Shown in pieces: positions 53,501 through 63,871 of a stretch of DNA of 64,000 nt (the first letter of the stretch is position 1; each line of letters begins with the position of its first letter). Source of the stretch: Dimorphilus gyrociliatus (lineage: Eukaryota > Animalia > Annelida); NCBI GenBank assembly GCA_904063045.1, contig CAJFCJ010000021.1, positions 620,001 to 684,000 on the forward strand. Direction: 5' to 3'. A program made the position numbers and the translations under genes. Below the pieces are notes generated by a model. The model had not been told where the DNA came from, ran no database searches, and was given only the letters and a program-made list of their open reading frames with translations.

Positions 53501-56500
53501 TATTGAGCGTCCCAGACAAGCTTGGAAATCTACTTTATCTAAGAATTTGGCACGATAATTCGGGTGAAGGAGATAACGCTAGTTGGTATTTGGATCATAT
53601 AACTATACAAGATGTTCAAACGAAAGAAAAGTCGGATATTTTTTACATTAATTAAATAATTATATTTTATATTTTGTTTTTTAATAAAAAAAAATATTTC
53701 CTTATTATTTTAAAGGTATGTATTTATATGCGATCAATGGCTAGCTGTTGATACTGGAGATGGGCAAATTGAGCGATTATTACCCGCAGCATCCAGAGAA
53801 GAATTAGCCAACTTTCAGTATCTCTTTTATTCATCTACTAAAAAAGATATGACTGATGGTTACTTATGGTTCTCACTTGTATCAAGGCCAACTAGGTCGA
53901 GATTTACTAGGGTACAACGTTTAAGCTGTTGTCTGGCACTCCTTTTCGCAACAATGATAGCCAATGCCATGTGGTAAGTAAAAATTTTCCTTTTCTTCAA
54001 TACTCGACTAAAGAGTCTGAACATGTTAACGCCATCTATCTATCATTCTTTAAACGTATTTTTCTCTTTTGAAAGGTACAAGACGGATAATAACGAAAGT
54101 AATGATAAATCCGTTCAAGTTGTAACGTTGGGACCATTCAGATTTACACCTCAACAAATATTCATATCAATCTCTTCTTCTTTAGTATCTATACCAATAT
54201 CACTATTAATAGTAACGCTGTTTAGAAAGGTAATTCAGCCTAATTTCCGTAAATGTATTATTAATTTATTCCACGAAAATAGAGTGGACCTAAGCCCAAG
54301 AAAAGAAATCCTACCAACGATAGACATAATGCGGAAAATCCCATTTCCCTAAACAACTCTCAAGTTTATGAAATGAAGGTAAACTTGTTTTCTTTTTTTG
54401 TGATTAATCTATTAAAAGTAATAACCAAAATCATGTGTTTACAGAAAACCGATGAAATAACTACGTCCAAATCATCCATATCGAATGATAGAAAGAAAAA
54501 GAAAAAGAAACCATTCTTACTACCTTGGTGGTTTATCTATATAAGTTGGATATTGGTATTTATTACAGTAGCTGCTTCTGGATTTTTTACTCTACTGTAT
54601 AGCTTTGAATGGGGTAGAGAAAAGTCTAGCGAATGGTTAACGGCTTTCCTTCTCTCATTCTTCCAATCTGCTCTCATTATTCAACCTTTTAAAGTTATTA
54701 TTTTAGCTGTTACATTATCAGCTATTTTCCGAAAGCCTAAAGACGAAGATGAAGATGAAGGTGAAAATGATTTGGAAGAGGATGAAATATTAAACGTTTC
54801 AACAAAGAATTCGTACCAACGCTACGGTGTTTCAAGTAAATCTTAATTATATGAAATTCATTTGAATAGATTAACCTATTCAATATAATATTATATAATA
54901 TACTGTAGAAATAGTATAATAGACAATTTTTGGACATTTTTAAGGATTTATCAACAACTTTCTCTAATTAGTTACCCGTATGTAAATTTCTAGCAAATGC
55001 AATTAATCTTGGTAAACAAGTCAATATTTAGAAAATCAGACGAATAAGTTATTTTAATATACAAAAAAAACAAGTCTTTTCTTTTACAGAGCATAGAGTG
55101 CCCTACGAAAACTCAGCTGTAAGACACGATGAATCTAGATTAAAGGAAATGAAGGAAACTAGAGAAAAAGAACTTAAAATGTTTAGTATACTCAAAGAAA
55201 TTTTGGCCTATCTGTTCTATTTAGCCGTTGTTTGTACACTTGGATACGATAATAAGGATACAAGATCATTCCTTTATAAGGATCAAATTCATCAAACATT
55301 CGTAGAAGGAATTGGAAAATTTGGAGCGGTATGTTTTATAATATATACAATAAATTCTCTTATTTAAATATATATATATATATATATATACTGTATAATC
55401 TCATTAATCTCCTCAAAAAAGATAAGAAATTTCGATCACTTCTTCAAATGGACGAATACTACTTTAATACCCGAATTATATTCGAAGCAAGAATACAACG
55501 GCGATCCTGTTCATTGGAGGATTGAATATTTCTTAAATGATGGAGTAAACTATAGAGTAGGATCACCAAGATTGAGACAGGCTAGAGTCGTTAAAAGTAA
55601 TTGATACATCAACAGATAAATTATCTATATACTGTAATAATCATTAATGTATTGTTTTTACGTTTATTCAATTAGACGATTGTTCAATACCCAGTCCAGT
55701 TGAGGCTTTGATAAAAACCTGTTATCCAAGCTATTCAGCTACCAAACACGACGATGCAGCTTATTATCCCCAGTGGGTAAAGGCTCCTAATTCTTCGGCG
55801 GTTGATAAAGATTCACCGTGGAATTATAAAGGAACACTCGAATTAGACGGTCTACCCTACTTTGGAGTGTATTCTGTGTATTCTGGAGGAGGTTTCGTTG
55901 CTAGTTTTGGCGATGAAATAGAACAAGCTATTAGTACAGTTGAAACTTTAAAATCAGATGGGTGGATTGATAGGGGAAGCAGAGCAATTTTTGTCGAATT
56001 TAACGTTCATAACCCGAGTGTAAATCTTTTTTCGGCTGTTAGTTTGGTCCTCGAAATTCCAACGATAGGTTCAATGACTCCAACTGCAGTTATTAAAACC
56101 CTTAGATTGTACAATTACGTTGGTCAAAGAGCCCTGTTCAGATTAATACTTGAAATAATATTCGCCTGTTTCCTCCTCTATTTTCTAGTGGTAGAAGGTA
56201 AAAAGGTAAGAATATCTATATAATTCATTGAATATTTATTATAATCATAAAAAAACAACACTAGCTAAAGAAAATGAAACGCTCCTATTTTACATCCTTT
56301 TGGAGTATTTTGGAAATATTAAATTTAATTGGATCCGTGACGGCAATAGTCCTATATGCCCTTCACTATACCTTCACTCGATTGACTATAAAAAAATTCC
56401 AAGAGAACAAAAGTAATAGATTTTCATAATATATAAATAAACGAATGAATTAATTAATTATTAAATCATTACAGAGAAATTCATTACTTTTGATTATGTC

Positions 56501-57349
56501 GTTAGTTGGGATGAAGCTTTTACTTATTGTCTAGCTTTTATTGTCTTTATTGCTTCCATTAAATTCTTGAAATTGCTAAGATTCAATAGAAAGGTTTAAT
56601 TAATCTATTTATTTTCTCTTTATTCAAAAAAGAATTGAACATGACTATTTTTTTTTTTTAAAAAAAGGTTACTGAACTAATATCAACTTTATCTGTTGCA
56701 ACTAAACCGCTATTATCTTTCTTTGTCTTCTTTATTGTGATTTTCTTATCTTATGCCCAATTTTGTTATTTAATTTTTGGACAAAAATTAAAAGACTATT
56801 CAACTTTTATCACAACAATGGAAACTTTATTTTCAATGATGCTTATGGAATTTGACTTTGAAGGATTGAATTCAGCCAATAAAATAATGGGACCATTCTT
56901 CTTTATTTCTTATATAATCGTTCTCGTATTCGTTGTTATGAATATGCTAATAACTATTCTGAACGAGAGTTTCTATACGTAACTATAACAATTGATTCAG
57001 TTTATTAATACTATTACCTATTATTGTTCACAGAGTTAAATCTTATTCATTGGAAACTTGTACCGATTATCAAATGGTTGACTTCATGATTGGTCAATTT
57101 AAGAAATTGATTGGTTACGATAATTGGTCGATGCCCAGTAAATATTTATTATTTATTATGAAATTGTTAATTGAATAATGTTTTCTTTATAAAGCGATAA
57201 CAAAGAAGAAAAAAGCTAAACCAACAACAACTATGTCGGTTCAATGTGATTTTGACGATTTGGGAAAAATATCAACTGTCTCTAATTCTGGATATGATTG
57301 GTGGACAAATGACCAATCGAATAATTTTAATCGTTATCAGCATTTTTAA
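28794..57349 (+). CDS. Giant polycystin-1-like (PKD1L family) 11-TM receptor/channel subunit, about 61 exons, roughly 5000+ aa (estimate)
   Basis: I traced every exon junction by hand and all join in frame via GT-AG introns, with no internal stop. Signal peptide exon 28794-28890 (MKFVQKLHLIICLTLFVYNLKNLLIRAAAA). Ectodomain: EB-like Cys-rich, unassigned beta module, WSC, CTL, seven LamG/pentraxin-like, CTLs, fibrinogen-like, PAN, CTL, WSC, ~7 PKD repeats (FGDG motifs, 40040-42000), REJ (LDASKSYDPD, 42010-44834). GPS CVFFDEDKESWSSEGC..CLCNHLT (52866-52980); PLAT (YQLSVHTGMRKNGGTDS..LRIWHDNSG..WYLDHI); TOP/channel (YSGGGF, WIDRGSRAIFVEF, LLRFN, NMLITILNESF). Stop at 57347-57349. Confidence 0.92.
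45421..45756 (+). CDS. Orphan signal-peptide exon inside the PKD1L intron 44835-49989 (alternative first exon or nested secreted gene)
   Basis: 133-codon ORF in very AT-rich intron DNA; N-terminus MLIINRISILLTYFIIYGIAS looks like a signal peptide; phase-0 donor CAG|GT at 45756/45757. Confidence 0.5.
48404..48513. repeat. (TA)n microsatellites just downstream of the nested minus-strand gene
   Basis: Directly visible; main runs near 48404-48445 and 48487-48513. Confidence 0.95.
48563..48988 (-). CDS. Nested single-exon gene: small acidic secreted protein, probable GPI-anchored proteoglycan, 141 aa
   Basis: Complete ATG-to-stop ORF. Signal peptide MEFAKLLLLLSAVLLITLTKS; EGSGE glycosaminoglycan-attachment-like motif; D/E/H-rich core; small-residue stretch (STDSGSS) followed by a terminal hydrophobic tail (ICWSITSVLLFVFVAIYGQ). 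Lies antisense inside the PKD1L intron. Confidence 0.85.
   Translation of the reverse strand: MEFAKLLLLLSAVLLITLTKSENKMENGLAIGEGSGEVQMTTFEPDASEIHTKGEKDDDDHDEHDVKHEKVKRVDEVEDKEDEDEEVEPTTVSKVKKLTRPKKEFGSGGNAENHSTDSGSSQICWSITSVLLFVFVAIYGQ
50457..50503. repeat. (ATT)n microsatellite in a PKD1L intron
   Basis: Directly visible. Confidence 0.95.
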
Positions 57350-57973
57350 AAATTGAACAAGAGGGGAAAGAAGAAATGAAAATTCACTTGCAAAGACTAT
57401 AATCTATCTTTTTATCTATATCTGAATGAAAATTTAATCACTGCTACTAGCACTTAAGTGTCTTTTGCTATTTTTATCTATCGTTTCCCTTTTTAAACCA
57501 AACATACTCACTTACTGTTTTTTTTCCACTGCAAAATGAAACGAAACAAAAAAATAATAACTAACGAACTGCAAAATACATTGCAGAGAATATATTAGTA
57601 ATATTATCTATATAAACAGATATATTCACTATATACAGTATAATGTAGATTGTTCTAGATATATTCTGTAGAATCTTCTAGAAAGGTTAGAGAATATTAA
57701 AAGAAAACAAACAAACAAGACTTGTTCTTTCATTTATAATAATTTTTATTAAAATTTAAATCTTTCAACATTTCTTCAAAAAAGAAAAAAAGAATCTCAA
57801 ACCAAAAAAACCCAAAATTAAAGGTAAGATGACCTACTTAACTAAGGATACATTATAAAAAAGAAACAATTATTTTCTTTTTACTGTCTTTTTCTTTCTT
57901 TCTTTCGTTTTTGAATTGTTTTTATAAATGAACGTTCAAAATATCTCTTTGAATTTGATAATGTTGAAGTATT

Positions 57974-58558
57974 TTAAGATTTCCAGAAATTTGGATCATT
58001 ATCAATCTTTCTTAGGAAATTTTTATACCACCCTTGCAGAGCTGACATTGGGACAAAGGTCTCTGATGCTGCAAAGTGTATTTGCTCCCTTTTAATACTA
58101 AAAGAGGAAATATAGTTAAATAAGTTCTCGCACATCTTGAACGAGAATTCTTGAAAATTCGCTAAGTTTGATGGAACTGTATTACTAGCCGGAGTTTGAT
58201 TATATATTTCTGCTGCACTTTCAATTGCTATACCAAGTTGAGCACAGGTTGACGACATAGCAACAGAATTCATCCCATTACCCGATTCTTTCGGTTTTAC
58301 GCCGCTTATTTTAAACATTGCACTCGGCTTCTCATTGGTTACGTGTCCCAACAAAGTCCAACTTTGCTCGGAACCACTACCAGGCCAGCTAAGATAGATG
58401 GCTGCTCCGTAATTGTCAGGTATTGGTGTTTGTCCGGTCAAAAATACGACAATGTGATGAACATTCTCGTGGTCAGGAATATTGCAGACTATTTGATTTT
58501 CAGATATTTGGACAAGTTCAGTTTGAACCATTTTACCTGGAACAATTACTCCAAACAT
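57974..58558 (-). CDS. HIKESHI: Hikeshi / OPI10-family Hsp70 nuclear import carrier, 194 aa, intronless CDS
   Basis: Starts MFGVIVPG (ATG at 58558-58556). Family motifs HHIVVFLTGQTP, GAAIYLSWP, WTLLGHVTNEKPSAMFKIS, AQLGIAIE, ENLFNYISSF, FVPMSALQGWYKNFLRKIDNDPNFWK. Confidence 0.93.
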   Translation of the reverse strand: MFGVIVPGKMVQTELVQISENQIVCNIPDHENVHHIVVFLTGQTPIPDNYGAAIYLSWPGSGSEQSWTLLGHVTNEKPSAMFKISGVKPKESGNGMNSVAMSSTCAQLGIAIESAAEIYNQTPASNTVPSNLANFQEFSFKMCENLFNYISSFSIKREQIHFAASETFVPMSALQGWYKNFLRKIDNDPNFWKS

Positions 58559-58836
58559 CTCTCTGTTTATTTGGGTTAAGCTAATGATATAAGTGTTGGA
58601 AAAGTCACTTGCGGGGAAAAGACTATAGCGATAATACAATAGTTTTAAGTATAAAAGTTGTTTTCGTATTAAATAAGTTCGCAAATTTTCCAAGTTCAGC
58701 CCCTGCTCTCTCCCCTAGACAATACCTAAATGTCGGTGAGTAGTTTTACAGCTGAAATACTACTCAATTACATAAACAGAGCGATCAATAGTGCAACATA
58801 ATGAAATTGTAAACTGGTATAATTTTCAAGTGATAA

Positions 58837-58845
58837 GGCGGGAAA
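58837..58845 (+). promoter_or_regulatory. E2F-like site GGCGGGAAA in the HIKESHI / PRXL2B divergent intergenic region
   Basis: Consensus match only. Confidence 0.3.
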
Positions 58846-59643
58846 GACTTTTTTGTTGTCTACAATAAAGATCAGTAAGTCGTAGTCCTAAATAAATGTT
58901 ATTTATCTTTTCTTTTACATTTATTGCAAACATCCGTTAAATTTCAATTTATTAGTAAAGACAGCTGAGCAAACAATTTTTCACCTTCTGCACTAGAAAG
59001 ACCTAGTTATTATTTTGTATACGTGGAAGAACTAGATAATAATTGATTATAGTAGACGTATAGGACTGATTGATTTTAATAATAGAACGAAAGTAGCACA
59101 GTTACTAAACTTGTAGAATCAAGAATCATAAAGAATAAACAACAAAGTGTATTCGTAAGGTCGTTTTAAGAAAAGTAAGAGTTAAGGGGCAGAGAGAGAG
59201 AAACGTCCTGCGGATAGAAAGAAAGTACATATTAAATTGATGCTTGTAAACAATAAACAAACACACAGAATTTTGACCAGCAAAATCGTTCGCTTTTACA
59301 ATGACCCTCTTTAAAATGAAGTAAAAGAAGGATAAATGAAATTATCAGACTGATTACTATTTCTTCTCCTTTTCCCAAAGTTGAAAAAATGATGTGTTGG
59401 CAAGTTCATAGTTTAAAAATCACGAGACGTATATCTAACATAAAATATAGGCTTATAAAAATTATCTTATTTTTTTATTATCAATAGGATTACTTACTGT
59501 TCAAATTCCAATTTCAATCGGCCTTTAGCTTTAATGTAGGACAATTTGTTTTCTTTTTGAGTATCAGACTTGTTTAGTTTTACATTGAAGAAAATTTTGC
59601 TATTTTCTAAACCCTCCCCTTTTAAAGGACTGAAGGGTTAAAA

Positions 59644-60493
59644 ATGGCTTTAGAAATCATAGGAAAGAAGACCGTGACGAATCCAACGAACAATGAGGTT
59701 AGACGAAATACTTAAATCCTTTGATATTAATTAATTAAACTATTAATTACGGGTGATATAATCAATATTTAGGTCGTTCAACTGGAAGACTTGTGGAAAG
59801 AAAGGAACGTAGTAATATACTTTTTAAGGAGATTTGGATGATCTCTTTGCAGATTATATATTAAACAGGTACGGTATGAAACTAACTATTGGACTGTATT
59901 GTAAAATGCTTTGCTGTATTCTTTTTGGTAGTTATCGGAAGTTGCAAACATTTTAAAAGAGCATAATACAACATTTGTTGTCGTTGGCGTAAGAGAAGCT
60001 GAAAGTAGTTTTAAAAGCTTTGTGGATGGGAAATATTTGGATGGAGGTAATAAACTATTAATTGTTCTAGAAGCTCTTTAACTATTGGGCACTACATCAG
60101 AATGTTAAATACTAAAATCTCTTTCTTTCAGAGGTATATACAGCTCATAGGAGACTCTATAGAGAAATTGGACTTAAAAGATATTCTCTTAAGGAAATTG
60201 GTTGGTATATGTGTACAATGTTCTGTAGAAAAGCGTCTCTTTCCAAAATGGTGAATATTATGAGAAAAAATATTTCCGGTGATTTAAGAGGCGATGGTCT
60301 TCGACTTGGTGGAACATTCGTGGTCAAAGACGGCCATTTAGCTTATAGTCACGTAATGGAAGCCCCTGACGATCATCCAGATGTCGCTACAATATTGAAA
60401 GCCCTTGAAATTCAAACTGCCACTAGCCAAAAAACAATTACACAACAGCCGAAAGTTATCTGTGATGAAGATGTTTGCAAACCGATATATTAA
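59644..60493 (+). CDS. PRXL2B: Peroxiredoxin-like 2 / SelU-family thioredoxin-fold selenoprotein (closest to PRXL2B/FAM213B), 208 aa, with Sec (TGA) at 59839-59841
   Basis: Exons 59644-59697, 59773-59868, 59932-60046, 60132-60493 join in frame. Sequence VQLEDLWKERNVVIYFLRRFG-U-SLCR..LYREIGLKRY..ISGDLRGDGLRLGGTFVV..HVMEAPDDHP..VICDEDVC parallels human PRXL2B (ELRSLW..LRRFGCVVCR..LYKELGFKRY..PQCDREV). SECIS in the 3' UTR. Confidence 0.88.
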
Positions 60494-60551
60494 ATAATAT
60501 ATAGATAAAGTGTATATAATGTAAACAGTATCGAAACTCGTTTTCACTTAG

Positions 60552-60623
60552 GTTGAATATTAATGACGTTAAAATGGATAAACCATTTATGGATCCATTT
60601 AACTGATATATATATACGTTTTT
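60552..60623 (+). promoter_or_regulatory. Type II SECIS element in the 3' UTR of the PRXL2B-like gene
   Basis: ATGAC core (60563-60567); helix II gttaaaatggat (60568-60579) pairs with atccatttaac (60593-60603) with one bulge; unpaired AAA (60580-60582); apical mini-stem cca-ttta-tgg; 3' core TGAT (60604-60607). AATAAA follows at 60667. Confidence 0.88.
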
Positions 60624-61782
60624 AACTGATATTGTAAACGATTCATGCTGTTAGAAGTAATTAACAAATAAAATTTTTAATAATACACTCAATGAGAAAT
60701 AATCCAATTCTTTATCAGATATTCATTATATTCATTTTTCTTCCATATCTTAAGAATATGAAAGATTTTCCATTACATAACGTTGGGAATAGATAAGGCT
60801 ATTTTAGTGGGGAAAAAGAAAACAGAATAGCTCTTTAGTCTAGCCGTTCCTTTTTTTTTGTCACCGATTGTAGAAGTCGTGTAATTACTTATCTGTCTAC
60901 ACTTTCTTATCAATTCTGTTTTTTAGAGTTTTCTCTTTATCTTTAAATTTATCTTTCATAGAAAACCGTGGTGTCAAGTTAAATATTTCTAGTAAAGTTG
61001 TTAATACTTAAACGATATTCTTTAGAAGGATTAGTAATAATCAGAATCTTTAAGGTTATCAATTCGACCTTTGTTAGTTTTTCTATCACTCTTTCCTTAT
61101 CCTTTTAATTATTATTAATTTATTAATTGAATAAAGCTAATGTAAGACATGAACATTATAAACTTCTAGATAAACAGACAGATAGATAGATTGGGATATA
61201 CACGTTGTAAATTTACTATATTTACATTTCTATTAATATATAATGATGCTAAGTTGAAGGGAGATTAAAAAGGAAAATTAAGCTAAATAATGTTAAATAG
61301 ATAACTCATATTAATTTATTAATTGATAATTTCACTAGACTCTATAACTATTAGCCTAGAAAGAGGAACTTTAAACAAGCTGTTAAGAGTTGTCGACTTT
61401 TCTCCGTTGAAGGTAACAAATAAGGGTTGCAGTATTGATTTTTTTCCCCCCTGACTTTCTTCTGCAATTTTATCAACACCGCTTTATTTTATTATTATTA
61501 TCAAATTTCCAATCTTAGTTTACAAAACATGATTTAAACTAGATTTAAACCCGGCTTAATATTGGATTAGCTTTGAGAAATACTATATTGAATGAGGATA
61601 CTATTTTAAGTAAAAATTAGAAAAAAACATAGCCAATTAGCAACCCTGTCATTTAGTAAGTGCATAGCTATTGACTAATAATAAAGTTAATAGTCTTTCA
61701 GCAATTTCTCCTTTTCTTTTTTTTTTGCTTCAAAAGAGAAAGAATAACAGTATTATTACAAGTGATTTCAATGGCGTCCTTA

Positions 61783-61800
61783 CTAACCCTAACCCTAACC
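61783..61800. repeat. Short interstitial telomeric repeat (CTAACC)3 = (TTAGGG)n on the minus strand
   Basis: ctaaccctaaccctaacc, followed by degenerate ttcctaagcc. Confidence 0.8.
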
Positions 61801-62197
61801 TTCCTAAGCCTGCAATACATGTTTGCATGTATTTTCTAAGATAGCGAATTGTGTTTATTCGCGTATTATCTATAATAATTAGTAAAACTTATAAGATATA
61901 TTTACACTAGTATATAGTATGCATGCTATTTACATAGTATACATGCATAGTACATTTATATTACAATAATCTTATTCATAAGCAGTTGACCTTTTCCACG
62001 TATCCAATTCTTTTTTTTGTTAACCGGGTCAAAATATTTCATAACGAGAATCAATAGGATTTTTTTAGTCCTATGTGAAATACATAGAGAGCAATTATAT
62101 GCCAAAAAAAGCATTAGACTGGCTGTATCTCAACATTCGTTTCGGATCCTAAAGAGTTATCAGATAAGATAAGAATCCACACTTTATAAGTAGCAGA

Positions 62198-62206
62198 CGC
62201 CATTTT
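62198..62206. promoter_or_regulatory. YY1-like motif CGCCATTTT near the FABP start
   Basis: Consensus CGCCATNTT, about 65 bp upstream of the FABP ATG. Confidence 0.35.
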
Positions 62207-62270
62207 CTCTACCCATTTCTTTTTTAATTGTTGTCCGGTTTAGGAAAGAACTAAAAAAACTAACTTAATC

Positions 62271-63614
62271 ATGTCTTTCTCTGGTATGTGGAAATTGGTT
62301 GAAAGCGATAAATTCGATGATTATATGAAGGCAATCGGTTTGTATTTTTTATATACAATTTGCTTTTTTTCGTTTATAAAGAAAGAGAAAAAAGCATCAT
62401 TTTCTATTAGAAATCGACTAATCTTCGTTTTTGATCGATATAAGTACGTTTATATAAAGAATATATATATATATAAATTTATATATATGGAATATAAGTG
62501 TCTATATTTGATTCAAGAGCTTAAATGGAGCAAACGCTGGTTGTATCCTATTGTAGGACTAAAACACTATAAAAGTATCTTATTACATGCTTTAAACAAT
62601 TGTTAGCAAGCTATTTCTTTCCAAGTCTTATCGCTATTTATATCATTATCGCTGTTTTCGTAGTTGTAAACTCTCTTTTGAATGAAATTATAAAAGAGTA
62701 TGATTAGGATCAATTAAAAAGAGATCTCTCAGATTACGGATACAAAATGTCCTTATAACTCATCTTAATTATCTTCCCCAGACAGCAAAAAGTAGTTGCA
62801 TCCTGTGTAATAATTTTCTTTATCTAGCAGAAGTTAGATTACAGTGATATCGTATCCTCTTTATATTATAAATTTTTATCTGAAAGTACCGTATTTGTAA
62901 AAGATTAACGACTATTCCCAACCTACTATGTACTTAAACCGTAATATTTATCAACATAATTAGTCATTATAATCTTTCATTGAACAATAGGCGTTGGCTT
63001 GGCACTCCGAACCATCGGTAACAAAACTAAGCCATCTCAAGAAATCATCATCGATGGAGATAACTACACCATCAAGACTATTTCTACTTTTAAAAATACC
63101 GAAATCAAGTTCACCCTCGGTACTGAATTCGATGAAAAGACCATCGATGGAAGAAACGTAAAAGTAAGTAGAAAACAATAAAATAAATGTTATAGGTGTG
63201 GTTCAGGAAATAACTATTTCTTCACTCTCTTTTTAGACTACTCCAACTAAAGATGGTAATAAGATCGTCTTACACCAAAAGGGTGATCCCGATTCAATCA
63301 TCACTAGAGAGTTGGTCGATGATAACACAATGAAAATGGTAAGCAATATGTCCTAAAAAAAAACAATAAAACCTTACTAAGAAAAAACAGAGCAAACATT
63401 CTGTTTACATGGATTTATCACAAAAAAACACATTTAACTTTACTATTGTTTAGTGACATTTAAACAAGATAAAGTCAACAAATAGTATTAGTTATCTTCT
63501 AATATAATAAAAATAGTTAAATAATAAAAACTATTAAAATTTATAATATATTTCAAATTTCAGGTTCTTACTTGCAAAGGTGTCGTTTGTACAAGAGTTT
63601 ACAAGAAAGAATAA
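62271..63614 (+). CDS. FABP: Fatty acid-binding protein (iLBP family), 130 aa
   Basis: Exons 62271-62337, 62991-63163, 63237-63338, 63564-63614. FSGMWKLVESDKFDDYMKAIGVG..TISTFKNTEIKFTLGTEFDEKTIDGR..ITREL..CTRVYKK, with the R..RxY fatty-acid carboxylate-binding residues intact. Confidence 0.96.
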
Positions 63615-63871
63615 GCACTTGGCTTTTGGTCTTAGTCTCTAGTTGCCTAGAAAAATAAAATGTTCTTACAATTTTTAATTGTCTTCTTTGCTTTATTTTA
63701 CTATTCGTTAGATGAAAATTTTCGCACTGCTTATACAGTATATACTATATATATATGTGCAGTATATATATATATTGTATAATATAAATGTTCAACAATT
63801 ATACGTACATAGTTTATTCCGGTCAAAAGATGTCAACTATTTTAGACCGACTACTACTAAGATTATTAATT

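Noticed and set aside
28794-57349. Fragmented ORFs read as several genes or a PKD1L pseudogene
   Set aside because: All fragments join in frame through GT-AG introns into one coherent domain series.
58559-58693. 45-aa N-terminal extension of Hikeshi in the ORF track
   Set aside because: Family homology begins at MFG; the upstream part looks like UTR or intron sequence.
59839-59841. TGA read as a premature stop (pseudogene)
   Set aside because: It sits exactly at the redox Cys, the downstream exons are intact and in frame, and a canonical SECIS is present.
61783-61800. CTAACC repeats as a telomerase RNA template
   Set aside because: Three full repeats is longer than known animal templates, and the flanks are AT-rich with no pseudoknot.
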